64,000 nucleotides of DNA, from assembly GCA_963803145.1 (NCBI GenBank), contig CAWDLW010000026.1, forward strand, positions 33,288 through 97,287, read 5' to 3'. Shown here one piece after another: positions 19,590-28,772 of the stretch. A program made the translations under genes and the position numbers. The notes beneath the pieces were generated by a model. That model did not search any database, was not told the DNA's origin, and saw nothing but the letters and a program-made list of their open reading frames with translations. Each line of letters opens with the position of its first letter. Position 1 is the first letter of the stretch. This DNA comes from Methanotrichaceae archaeon. Lineage in GTDB: Archaea; Halobacteriota; Methanosarcinia; Methanotrichales; Methanotrichaceae.

Positions 19590-21518
19590 ATGACACAGGA
19601 CAGGGTCACAATAAGCCTGATCCAGACCTCTGTCTCAGAGGATCTCGGCTTCAATCTAAAAAAGACTTTGAAAAATGTCGAAAAGGCTATAGCAAGAGGG
19701 GCAAAGATCATCTGCCTCCAGGAGCTTTATAGAACACGCTATTTTCCCCAAAGTGAGAACGAGGATGCATCGCAACTATCAGAGACCATTCCCGGAGAAT
19801 CCACAGAAGTGTTCTCAAAATTGGCCAGAGAAAATGAAGTAATAATAATAGTGCCAATATTCGAAAAAGGCGAGGACGGCAATTATTACAACACTGCGGT
19901 TGTAATCGATGCAGATGGACTCCGTCTTGATGCCTATCACAAGATCCATGTTCCTCACGATCCGCTGTTTTACGAGAAGAGCTACTTCAAACCTGGAGAG
20001 GAATATAGGGTCTATGATACTCGCTATGCCCGGTTTGCGGTTCTTATCTGCTATGACCAATGGTTCCCCGAGGCTGCCAGGATTGTGGCCCTGAAGGGAG
20101 CCGATATTATCTTCTATCCAACTGCCATTGGATGGATTGCGGGAGTTGAGCCTGTTGAGGGCGATTGGCATGATGCCTGGGAGACCGTACAGAGAGCACA
20201 TGCAATAGCCAATGGAGTTCATGTAGCGGCAGTGAACAGAGTCGGACGTGAAGGAAACCTTGTTTTTTGGGGAAGCTCATTTGTTTGCGATTCCTTTGGA
20301 AAAGTGATAGCAAGAGCTAGTGATAAGGATGAGGAAATCCTGGTGGCAGATCTCGATCTCAGCCTGAATGAAAAGGTCCGTGAGGGGTGGGGCTTCTTGA
20401 GGAACAGATGCCCAGAAACATATGGGATTCTGACTGAGCCAGAAGCTGGAAAGATATGTACCAGGCAGACGCCATCGATCTGCATGGAGAATACTCCAGC
20501 CAGGCTTGGCTACTTCATGCCTGCTGAATGGGAGCGGCACGATGCCGTCTGGCTGTCGTGGCCATATGACCTTGATAGCTTCCCTGAGATCAATAAGGTT
20601 GAGAAGGCTTACGTCTCAATAATAAAGGCCGTTCATGAGGGCGAGTTCGTCAACCTTCTTATCAAAGATGAGCTGATGCAGGCCAGAGTCACAGATCTCC
20701 TAAAACAGGCCGAAGTTAACCTTAGAAGGCTCAAGTTCCATCTAGTAAACTATGCGGATGTCTGGTTCAGAGACTACGGCCCAACCTTTGTGGTCAAATG
20801 CGATGAAAAGAAGCTTGCTATGATCAACTGGATCTTCAACGCCTGGGGAGAGAAATACCCTGAGCTGATAGGGGACAGCAAAATACCGTCCATCATAAAC
20901 GATGACCTGAAGCTGGAATGTTTCAGACCCGGGATAGTGCTTGAAGGTGGATCAATCGAGGTGAATGGATGTGGAACCGTCATCACCACTGAGCAGTGCC
21001 TCCTGAACAGGAACAGAAATCCTGTGATTGATAAGGAACAGATCGAAGCCTATCTGAAGGAATATCTCGGCGTATGCAATATAATCTGGCTGAAGCAAGG
21101 AATAGCGGGCGATGATACAGACGGGCACGTAGATGATATCGCCAGATTTGTTGATCCCACAACTGTTCTCTGTGCCTATGAGGATGACAAAGACGATGAT
21201 AACTACCAGGCATTGAAAGAGAATTACGAGATACTATCCTCGGCAACCGATCAAAATGGGAATAAGCTAAAGGTGATCAAGCTCCCTATGCCCGGTTTTA
21301 TCGGCGATGAGCGCCGCCTGCCTGCGAGCTATGCCAACTTCTACATAGGAAACGGCGTAGTTCTGGTACCGGTCTTCGGTCATAAGAACGATTCCAAGGC
21401 ACTGAAGATAATTCAGGAGGCATTTCCCCAAAGAAAGGTAATAGGAATAAACTGCAACGAGATGGTCCAAGGTTTAGGAGCGATTCATTGTATTTCCCAG
21501 CAGCAGCCTGCTCTGTGA
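19590..21518 (+). CDS. Fusion of N-carbamoylputrescine amidohydrolase (nitrilase family, AguB) and agmatine deiminase (AguA)
   Basis: N half: LQEL / HKIH / ICYDQWFPE (E-K-C triad). C half: MPAEWE, RDYGP, EGGS, DTDGHVDD and GAIHCISQQQP. Confidence 0.92.
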   Translation: MTQDRVTISLIQTSVSEDLGFNLKKTLKNVEKAIARGAKIICLQELYRTRYFPQSENEDASQLSETIPGESTEVFSKLARENEVIIIVPIFEKGEDGNYYNTAVVIDADGLRLDAYHKIHVPHDPLFYEKSYFKPGEEYRVYDTRYARFAVLICYDQWFPEAARIVALKGADIIFYPTAIGWIAGVEPVEGDWHDAWETVQRAHAIANGVHVAAVNRVGREGNLVFWGSSFVCDSFGKVIARASDKDEEILVADLDLSLNEKVREGWGFLRNRCPETYGILTEPEAGKICTRQTPSICMENTPARLGYFMPAEWERHDAVWLSWPYDLDSFPEINKVEKAYVSIIKAVHEGEFVNLLIKDELMQARVTDLLKQAEVNLRRLKFHLVNYADVWFRDYGPTFVVKCDEKKLAMINWIFNAWGEKYPELIGDSKIPSIINDDLKLECFRPGIVLEGGSIEVNGCGTVITTEQCLLNRNRNPVIDKEQIEAYLKEYLGVCNIIWLKQGIAGDDTDGHVDDIARFVDPTTVLCAYEDDKDDDNYQALKENYEILSSATDQNGNKLKVIKLPMPGFIGDERRLPASYANFYIGNGVVLVPVFGHKNDSKALKIIQEAFPQRKVIGINCNEMVQGLGAIHCISQQQPAL

Positions 21519-21533
21519 TCAAATGAAAGCAAT

Positions 21534-21577
21534 GCTGAATTAAGGCTGAATTAAGGCTGAGTTAAGGCTGAGTTAAG
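21534..21577. repeat. 11-bp tandem repeat x4 between convergent genes
   Basis: GCTGA(A/G)TTAAG repeated four times. Confidence 0.8.
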
Positions 21578-21605
21578 TTAAGAGGTCTGAATCGATCTCA
21601 CGATT

Positions 21606-22043
21606 TTAGTCTCTGCGCATTTTATTCTGAATCTCCTCATAGGTCCATAGGCGGCCCCTGTTCATCCCAGGGCATCTCGAGTGCTGTCTCTTCCATGAGT
21701 GCTGGCTGGCCAGAAACCTTGACCAGAATGGATATGTGCTGCACTGACTGGGGCGCGCCGGATATATTTTGCAGTGACCCGTCTCAAGATCGAGCATGAA
21801 GCATTCGCCCTTCTTTGTTTCTCCAATAGAAAGACGTCCACAAACCTCTCTTATATAGTTCTTTCTGAAATCGGAGTATCCGAGTCCCAGATAGTTCGCC
21901 ATTTGCGCTATCTCCGCCGAATTGACCCAGACTACTCCATGAATTTTGCAGCAATCCCCGCACTGCTGGCACTCGAATCTGAGGCCATCCTTGTACCAGG
22001 CAGAAGGATCGTTTAAATCTACATGTTCAGAATTGCCAGCCAT
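21606..22043 (-). CDS. YkgJ-family CxxCxxCC cysteine-cluster protein
   Basis: FECQQCGDCC, CFML...CKIYPARPSQCSTYPFW and CPG motifs. Confidence 0.9.
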   Translation of the reverse strand: MAGNSEHVDLNDPSAWYKDGLRFECQQCGDCCKIHGVVWVNSAEIAQMANYLGLGYSDFRKNYIREVCGRLSIGETKKGECFMLDLETGHCKIYPARPSQCSTYPFWSRFLASQHSWKRQHSRCPGMNRGRLWTYEEIQNKMRRD

Positions 22044-22259
22044 GACTAAACTATATCTGCTTTTCTTACTACTTGAAAATCTCGCTGATAGTCAGATCAA
22101 TCCAGTGCCAGTAGCCTTGTTATATGAATTCAGACAGCCGCCGACAAAAGTCCATATATGGATCTACGCTTTTTCAGCTTTCCTAAGCTAAAGGATGTCG
22201 TTTACCTGAAACTCTACAGCTCAACTAGCATAAATTTTTATAAGATTAGACATACATCT

Positions 22260-22847
22260 ATGAATATGTTTCACACAAGAGCCATAGTTTTATTAACAAT
22301 GCTAGTGCTCCTTGTACCGGCACTAGCAGCCGCACAGAGCACCAGTCAAGCTGGAAGTACAGTGACTATAGATCTAACGGCCAAAAACATAGCATTCAAT
22401 GTAAATAGCATAACTGTGCCTGCTGGATCAAATGTCGCCATAAATTTTAATAACCAAGATAATGGAGTACCCCATAACTTTGCGGTTTATACGGATAGTT
22501 CAGCCAGCACTACAATCTTCAAGGGCCCGATAATTACTGGCCCCAATATGACGACCTACACATTCACAGCTCCTACAACTCCTGGGACCTACTTCTTCAG
22601 GTGCGATGTCCATCCTACGCAGATGAACGGCCAGTTCATTGTATCATCAGCCAGCACAGTCTCCACGCAGTCTAATGTTAGCGTGACTGGGCCTACCAAC
22701 GTGACCAATAGTGTAACTAATATAACGATAATAAACTCAACCAACGTAACTCGAACATCATCTCCATACGCACCGGGATTCGAGGGCATCTTTGCAATAA
22801 CCGGCCTGCTCGCGGCTGCGTACCTAGTCTTCGGAAGAAAACAGTAA
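22260..22847 (+). CDS. Cupredoxin (plastocyanin/azurin-like) with S/T/N-rich linker and PGF-CTERM sorting signal
   Basis: Signal peptide; PHNF...FRCDVHPTQM ligand set; NxT/S sequons; PGFEGIFAITGLLAAAYLVFGRKQ tail. Confidence 0.88.
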   Translation: MNMFHTRAIVLLTMLVLLVPALAAAQSTSQAGSTVTIDLTAKNIAFNVNSITVPAGSNVAINFNNQDNGVPHNFAVYTDSSASTTIFKGPIITGPNMTTYTFTAPTTPGTYFFRCDVHPTQMNGQFIVSSASTVSTQSNVSVTGPTNVTNSVTNITIINSTNVTRTSSPYAPGFEGIFAITGLLAAAYLVFGRKQ

Positions 22848-22981
22848 GCTGGAATTCTAGGTTGAAATGCTAGAGAACAAGAGCTCTAGCATCAGCCTCT
22901 TTCTATTTTTGGCTTATCTTATGGGCAAACTCCAACAATAGAGACGTAAAGTTTATTCGAACCTAAATTAACTTGTAAAAT

Positions 22982-24022
22982 ATGAACCTGCGCCTCGATT
23001 ACTACACTGTAGCTGCGATCATTTTCATTCTATCGATACTTGCAACTATCTACCTGACTACAGTATTCCTAACTACCCTTTTACTTAGTGTCTTCTTTGT
23101 ATACCTTCTTGAGCCAGTGTATTTAAATCTCCTTCAATTTACAAAAAATAGGCAGGTTTCATCTTTTCTTACTATACTTATGGCAGCTAGTGCTATTTTA
23201 TGCCTTATGTTATTTGTGGCCGACCAGCTACTGGCAGAGGTATCCAGCCTGATCGGCACTAATGGTACAACACACCTGCAGGCGTCTAACCTTTCCGCGG
23301 CCATTACAAGTTCTATCGCGTCTGTCTTCCCCGCCTCAATAGTTTCTTTTTTGGGCGGCGTGCCTTCTAGCGTAGTCTCCTCTGTAGTCACTGTTCTACA
23401 AAGCAATATATCAGCATTCGTCAATAATACCCCGATATACATCACTCAGCTTATCTTATTGGTGTTTTTCACCTATTACTTCTTTACCGATGGAAGGGAT
23501 AGTATAATTAGATTTATCGACATAACGCCTAAAAAGGATATAACCTATCATTTCCTGAAGGAATTAAATCTCATCTATAATGTCTTTTTCAGAGTCCAGT
23601 TCGTTATCGCAACAGTGAGCGCAATAATAGCGATGGTGGGGTTTTTCTTTATAGGCATACCCTATCCGATCACGTGGGGCATTATACTGGGCTTCTTTGC
23701 CTTACTTCCAGAGCTTGGGCCGGCTACGCTCTTCGTGCCCATGGCCATATATTTCCTTATTGCTCATGATTTTGCTAAGGCTCTGGAAGTATTCGTCTTT
23801 GGAGAGATCTTTCTCGTCCTTATATCCGAGTATATTCTTCGGCCACGACTAGTTTTAATGGGCGCTTCAGTTCACCCGGTCTATACTATTTTGGCCTTTA
23901 CGGCTCCGATATTCATCATAGGGCCTTCAGGCATTATCGTCGGTCCTGTAATCTTCGGCTTTACGCTTGCCGGCTATAGGACTATCTTGTACCTCAGAAA
24001 AACGCGAGATCTATCGGAGTAA
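22982..24022 (+). CDS. AI-2E/PerM-family transporter
   Basis: YYFFTDG, ALLPELGP, ILRPRL and VHP motifs. Confidence 0.85.
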   Translation: MNLRLDYYTVAAIIFILSILATIYLTTVFLTTLLLSVFFVYLLEPVYLNLLQFTKNRQVSSFLTILMAASAILCLMLFVADQLLAEVSSLIGTNGTTHLQASNLSAAITSSIASVFPASIVSFLGGVPSSVVSSVVTVLQSNISAFVNNTPIYITQLILLVFFTYYFFTDGRDSIIRFIDITPKKDITYHFLKELNLIYNVFFRVQFVIATVSAIIAMVGFFFIGIPYPITWGIILGFFALLPELGPATLFVPMAIYFLIAHDFAKALEVFVFGEIFLVLISEYILRPRLVLMGASVHPVYTILAFTAPIFIIGPSGIIVGPVIFGFTLAGYRTILYLRKTRDLSE

Positions 24023-24023
24023 G

Positions 24024-24096
24024 TTATAGCATGAGTTCTCCAAAACCTTCCCTCGAAGAGGGGTTAGGGGTAGCCCGCACGGCGACTGAGTGCGCT
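24024..24096 (-). repeat. Dispersed GC-rich repeat family A, copy 1
   Basis: Reverse complement AGCGCACTCAGTCGCCGTGCGGGCTACCCCTAACCCCTCTTCGAGGGAAGG...CATGCTATAA matches 25192 and 46771. Confidence 0.85.
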
Positions 24097-24154
24097 GCGT
24101 AACCGCTAGTAGTAGTCCCAAAAGGAAGTAAAAGGACTTGAATTATAGTAGTTC

Positions 24155-25030
24155 CTATAATGTCCCTCTATAAAACGCGAGCTGCTTGGCATAAGGTCTG
24201 AAAAGCTCCACAAGATTGTTCTCACCCTCAGAAGTCAGCGGCTCAAACTCCCTTCCTGCCTTGGCAAGAGTCTGGACCTCTTGAGGGCTGGAGCAGCCAA
24301 CAATCGCAGTTGTGATCCTCTGTGAGAGAGCATATCTTAAGAGCAGCTCAGGTGTAATCCCTGCCTTCTCCGAGATATAATGAGATGCGCCAAGAACTTT
24401 CATCCCAATTATTGCAATCCCTTTATCCTCAGCCGCCGCCAAAACGGAGTCCAGAAATCCGCCAACGATTGCCTCCAAAGGATTTATGGGCATGAGCACA
24501 GAATCCACAGGCCAGTTAGCAACAGCATGCTCCAGAATCTCAGGATTAAGATGGCCTGTCACTCCAATAAATCTTGTCACACCTGTATCTCTAGCCTCAA
24601 TGAACGCCTCCAGTGCACCGCCAGGGCTCTCTATCCTCTCTATATCTTCCATGGTTCTGACATCATGTATCTGCCATAGATCCAGGCGGTCTACGCCCAT
24701 TGTCGTTAATGTCTGAACCAGATCTCCATTTGCCCCATCTTTATCTCTGGATGCTGATTTGCTCGTCTGAAATATCCCTTGTCTCAGGGTCGAATGCTCA
24801 GACCAAAACGCTCCATAATAGCTCTCGCTGCCCGCATAAGCATGAGCTGAATCGAAGTAAGTTATGCCCTGTGCAGCTGCTTCCTCTATGACCGGCAGTG
24901 CCTCCGCTGCCCTGCCGTAGGTGCGCAGGACGCCTTCGCCGCCAAGGCCCACCTGGGTGACAGTCCGATCAGTCTTTCCGAATAGCCTCGTCCCTATTGC
25001 CATACAATTACCAGATATCGTATTTGGCAT
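24155..25030 (-). CDS. Aldo/keto reductase
   Basis: GITYFDSAHAY, TSKS, LDLWQIH, FIGVTGH and IIGMKV motifs. Confidence 0.9.
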   Translation of the reverse strand: MPNTISGNCMAIGTRLFGKTDRTVTQVGLGGEGVLRTYGRAAEALPVIEEAAAQGITYFDSAHAYAGSESYYGAFWSEHSTLRQGIFQTSKSASRDKDGANGDLVQTLTTMGVDRLDLWQIHDVRTMEDIERIESPGGALEAFIEARDTGVTRFIGVTGHLNPEILEHAVANWPVDSVLMPINPLEAIVGGFLDSVLAAAEDKGIAIIGMKVLGASHYISEKAGITPELLLRYALSQRITTAIVGCSSPQEVQTLAKAGREFEPLTSEGENNLVELFRPYAKQLAFYRGTL

Positions 25031-25157
25031 GCTTACTATAAAAGAGTCTTTGATATGTTGAATATTTACTTTTAGCGCACGAGGATGTATCCAGCAAATC
25101 CTATGAAATAACTGCCGCTTACGGGTTCCGCCTGCGGATAGCGGCTTGAAAAAATAA

Positions 25158-25252
25158 CCCCACCCCCAGCCCCTCCCGCGGGGAGGGGAGTAGCGCGCTC
25201 AGTCGCCGCGCAGGCTGCCCCTAACCCCGCAAGCGAGGGACATTTTATCACA
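25158..25252 (+). repeat. Dispersed GC-rich repeat family A, copy 2 (with an extra REP-like hairpin)
   Basis: CCCCTCCCGCGGGGAGGGG hairpin followed by AGCGCGCTCAGTCGCCGCGCAGGCTGCCCCTAACCCC. Confidence 0.8.
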
Positions 25253-25277
25253 CGAATCTATATTATTCTTCTTTCAT

Positions 25278-27410
25278 TTATTCTTCTTTCATCGATAAAG
25301 ATATCCTCTTTCTATCGAGGTCCACATCCATAACCCTCACCATCACCTTCTGATGGACTTTCACAACGTCAGACGGGTTTCTAATAAATTTATTTGATAT
25401 CTGACTGATATGAACAAGACCATCCTGATGAACGCCGATATCAACAAAAGCTCCAAAAGCTGTGATGTTGGTTACAATACCAGGAAGCTTCATTCCGACC
25501 TTCAGATCCTCTATCTTCTCCACGCCTTCTTGAAAGCTGAATGCCTCAAACTGCTCTCGTGGGTCCCGCCCTGGCATGGCCAGCTCAGAGAGTATATCCT
25601 CCAGAGTTGGCAATCCGATCTTATCGGTGACATACTTCTTCAGATCTATCCTCTTTTGAAGTTCCTTATTTTGCACCAGCTCTTGGATTGATACTCCCAG
25701 ATCTTCCGCCATGGCGCTCACTATCTCATAGCTTTCAGGATGCACCGCGCTGGAATCCAGAGGATTATCGCCTCCCCTGATCCGAAGGAAGCCTGCCGCC
25801 TGCTCAAAGACCTTCTGTCCCAGCCGAGGAACTTTTCTCAGATCTCGCCTTGACATGAACGGCCCATGCTCATTCCTATATTTCACGATCGCCGTAGCGA
25901 GCTTCGGTCCAAGGCCTGAGACATAAGCCAGAATCTCCTTGCTTGCGGTGTTCACGTCTACACCCACAAGGTTGACACAGCTTTCAACCACATCGTCCAG
26001 CTTTCGCTTCAGCGCAGATTGATCAACATCATGCTGGTACTGGCCTACACCCATGGCCATAGGTTCTATCTTCACAAGCTCAGCAAGGGGATCCATGAGC
26101 CTGCGGCCAATTGAGACTGCTCCTCGTACTGTCGCATCCTGGTCCGGGAACTCCTGCCTGGCGACCTCAGAAACGGAATATACTGATGCTCCCGCCTCGC
26201 TAACCATCAGAACAGGGATCTGCCAGGGGAACTTCTGTTTGGTCAGAAATAACTCTGTTTCCCTGCCTGCAGTTCCATTCCCTACGGCTATCACCTCTAT
26301 ACCAAATCGTTTGCATATCTCAAGGACTTTCTCTGCGGCTTCATTCGATCTGTTATGCGGCTCATGTGGATAGATCGTATCGCTATGCATGAGCCTCCCT
26401 GTGGAGTCAAGGACTGCTAGCTTGCAACCTGTCCTAAAACCCGGATCAACAGCCAGTATATTCTTCTGACCCATTGGAGCTTCGAGCAATAATTGGCGCA
26501 GGTTCTCGGCAAACACGCCGATCGCCTGCTCGTCTGCCTTCTCTCTTGCCGCAGAGAGCATTTCAGTTTCCATCGAGGGCGCAAGGAGCCTCTTGTAGCC
26601 GTCCTTTGCGGCAAGGCGAACTTGCTCTGATGAAGGATTCGTCCTGCGAACGAAAAGGTCATCCAGAATTTCCAGTGCTTCATCTTCAGGCGGTGCCGCA
26701 TGCAAGCTCAGCAGCCCTTCCTTCTCCGCACGCATCATCGCCAGCAGCCTATGGGAGGGCAACTTTGAAATCGGCTCTGACCAATCGAAATAATCTCTGT
26801 ACTTGGCTGCTGCAGATTCTTTACCTGAGATTGTCTTCGATTTGAGAACGCCCTCAGTCTCGGAAAGAGTTCTCATTTGAGCCCGCGCATCTGAATCCTC
26901 GCTTATCCATTCTGCGATGATATCTCGTGCGCCGGAGAGTGCCTCATCCTCAGATTTGATACCTTTTTCTTGATTTACGAAAGATTCAGCCTCAGATATC
27001 ACATCTATATCATCTTGGGCAAAGATTAGCTTCGCCAGCGGCTCAAGCCCTTTCTCTCGCGCCGCAGTTGCCCTGGTGCGGCGTTTCGGCCTGTATGGGA
27101 GGTAGATATCCTCAAGTGCAGAGAGCGTTTCGGCTGCCGAAATTTTGCTTTCGAGCTCTGTAGTGAGCAGGTCACGTTCGGATAAAGAACGAAGAATAGC
27201 CTCCCGCCTCTTGTCTAACTCGAAAAGCTGCGTCAAACGATCGCGGATGGCAGTAATTGCTACCTCATCAAGGCTGTCCGTAGCCTCCTTTCTGTACCTG
27301 GCGATGAAAGGTACTGTCGCGCCTTCCTCAAGAAGCTTTGAGACTGCATGCACCTGCTTCTCAGTCAGTGCCATCTCGCCTGCAATCTTCAAGATATGTG
27401 ATTGATTCAT
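25278..27410 (-). CDS. tex: Tex-family transcription accessory protein (YqgF-like, HhH and S1 domains)
   Basis: GATVPFIARYRKE, DPGFRTGCK, VSEAGASVYS, GVGQYQHDV and a C-terminal S1 domain. Confidence 0.95.
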   Translation of the reverse strand: MNQSHILKIAGEMALTEKQVHAVSKLLEEGATVPFIARYRKEATDSLDEVAITAIRDRLTQLFELDKRREAILRSLSERDLLTTELESKISAAETLSALEDIYLPYRPKRRTRATAAREKGLEPLAKLIFAQDDIDVISEAESFVNQEKGIKSEDEALSGARDIIAEWISEDSDARAQMRTLSETEGVLKSKTISGKESAAAKYRDYFDWSEPISKLPSHRLLAMMRAEKEGLLSLHAAPPEDEALEILDDLFVRRTNPSSEQVRLAAKDGYKRLLAPSMETEMLSAAREKADEQAIGVFAENLRQLLLEAPMGQKNILAVDPGFRTGCKLAVLDSTGRLMHSDTIYPHEPHNRSNEAAEKVLEICKRFGIEVIAVGNGTAGRETELFLTKQKFPWQIPVLMVSEAGASVYSVSEVARQEFPDQDATVRGAVSIGRRLMDPLAELVKIEPMAMGVGQYQHDVDQSALKRKLDDVVESCVNLVGVDVNTASKEILAYVSGLGPKLATAIVKYRNEHGPFMSRRDLRKVPRLGQKVFEQAAGFLRIRGGDNPLDSSAVHPESYEIVSAMAEDLGVSIQELVQNKELQKRIDLKKYVTDKIGLPTLEDILSELAMPGRDPREQFEAFSFQEGVEKIEDLKVGMKLPGIVTNITAFGAFVDIGVHQDGLVHISQISNKFIRNPSDVVKVHQKVMVRVMDVDLDRKRISLSMKEE

Positions 27411-27669
27411 GATTGGTTCATTATACTCTATGGGTTACATTGAGGATCAAGGGTATTTTATTTGAGTTTTTCCTTGAAGGGATGATAATGGATGATAATA
27501 TATCACGATGTTGGCGATATTGATAATATGACTAGTAATGATGTACATTAATAAAAGATTGCCGATATCTGAATTGCCGCTCAATTAATTGTTATGAATT
27601 AAACTAAAAAATTATGATTTAAAAGAGAAACAGGATTAGATCCTGCCTTGATGCGGAAATATGATGATC

Positions 27670-27864
27670 TTAAGCTTTTCCTACTTTATCTGCCTTAGGG
27701 CCCTTCTCGCCCTCAACTACCTCGAAGCTTACCTTGTCGCCCTCTGTGATAGTGACGCCGGGGTTAAGTCCAGTGGCGTGCACAAAATAATCCTTTCCGT
27801 CATCTCCAGCTATAAAACCAAAGCGTTTGGTTCTGTTAAAGAACTTTACTGATCCGGTTACCAT
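27670..27864 (-). CDS. Cold-shock domain protein
   Basis: GSVKFFN, RNP1 KRFGFI, RNP2 YFVH and GEKGPKA. Confidence 0.93.
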   Translation of the reverse strand: MVTGSVKFFNRTKRFGFIAGDDGKDYFVHATGLNPGVTITEGDKVSFEVVEGEKGPKADKVGKA

Positions 27865-27938
27865 TACGATTCCTCGTATTAATAGGAGCATAGCAGCCGT
27901 ATATTTAAACTTACTGGGTGTAGACGAGTTGTTGCCGT

Positions 27939-28349
27939 CTATCCATTGAAGTAATCTCCCGATGGTATCTCCTTAAGGCCTTCTATGGCGCGATTGTAGA
28001 TATATACCCAGGCAAGCACACTCTTCCCGCTTTCCAGAAATACGTTTGCCTTTTTGCGGCAGAACTCGCCTCTTGAGGAGCCATCGATGATACAGCCCTC
28101 AAATCTGTCAAGGATTTCGAGTACCATACCAGGATCAGGCAGCAGATAAACATCGCCTCGAACAAAATCCGATTTGCTGCTCGAAGGGATTGCGCCCGGA
28201 TAATGGCCGATATCATACAATTTTCCCCTGAATATCCCATCTCCAATGAAGATTCCGCGCTGGTTTAAGATGCAATTGATAATTCTTCCCCGACCTCTGC
28301 GCAATATTCCATAGACGAAAAGGTAATCTACATTATGAGCTGAGAGCAT
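27939..28349 (-). CDS. Gamma-glutamylcyclotransferase (AIG2-like) family protein
   Basis: LFVYGILRRG, LYDIGHYPG, LDRFEG and AWVYIY; GAGGAGG RBS before ATG 28349. Confidence 0.88.
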   Translation of the reverse strand: MLSAHNVDYLFVYGILRRGRGRIINCILNQRGIFIGDGIFRGKLYDIGHYPGAIPSSSKSDFVRGDVYLLPDPGMVLEILDRFEGCIIDGSSRGEFCRKKANVFLESGKSVLAWVYIYNRAIEGLKEIPSGDYFNG

Positions 28350-28772
28350 GTTTCCTCCTCGTTCTCGGGTAGCACATAGTACACCGATTAGCCAAGCCCC
28401 AAGGCATGAAAACATTAGGTCGCTGGCAGGCGCTGTTCTATCCGGAATGCAGAACATTTTATCTTTTTACTAAATGATAGTATAAATATGTTTTTGGATA
28501 TGCTCATTACTGGCATCCGCACTGTATTCTATTGGTAGATAGTAGTATAATGATGGTCGAAGTTATTACCCGTAAGCCAAAAATAGTTATATAGGAATAC
28601 CCTTCTGTCTACTCTGGGGAAATGATGAATAAGAGACTGATCTTCTGGCCTGAACCTTTTGTTATGGAATGCTCAGCGAAACCTATAGGCATCTGGAGAA
28701 GGTTGAAGTTAGCATGGTCCTGCCTATTCAGAGAAGATGTACGCGGGCTATGCCTTCAAGCGCCCGAATGGG

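Noticed and set aside
28621-28655. Possible C/D-box sRNA (ATGATGA...CTGA...CTGA)
   Set aside because: The guide spacing is too short, there is no C' box or terminal stem, and a small ORF explains the sequence better.
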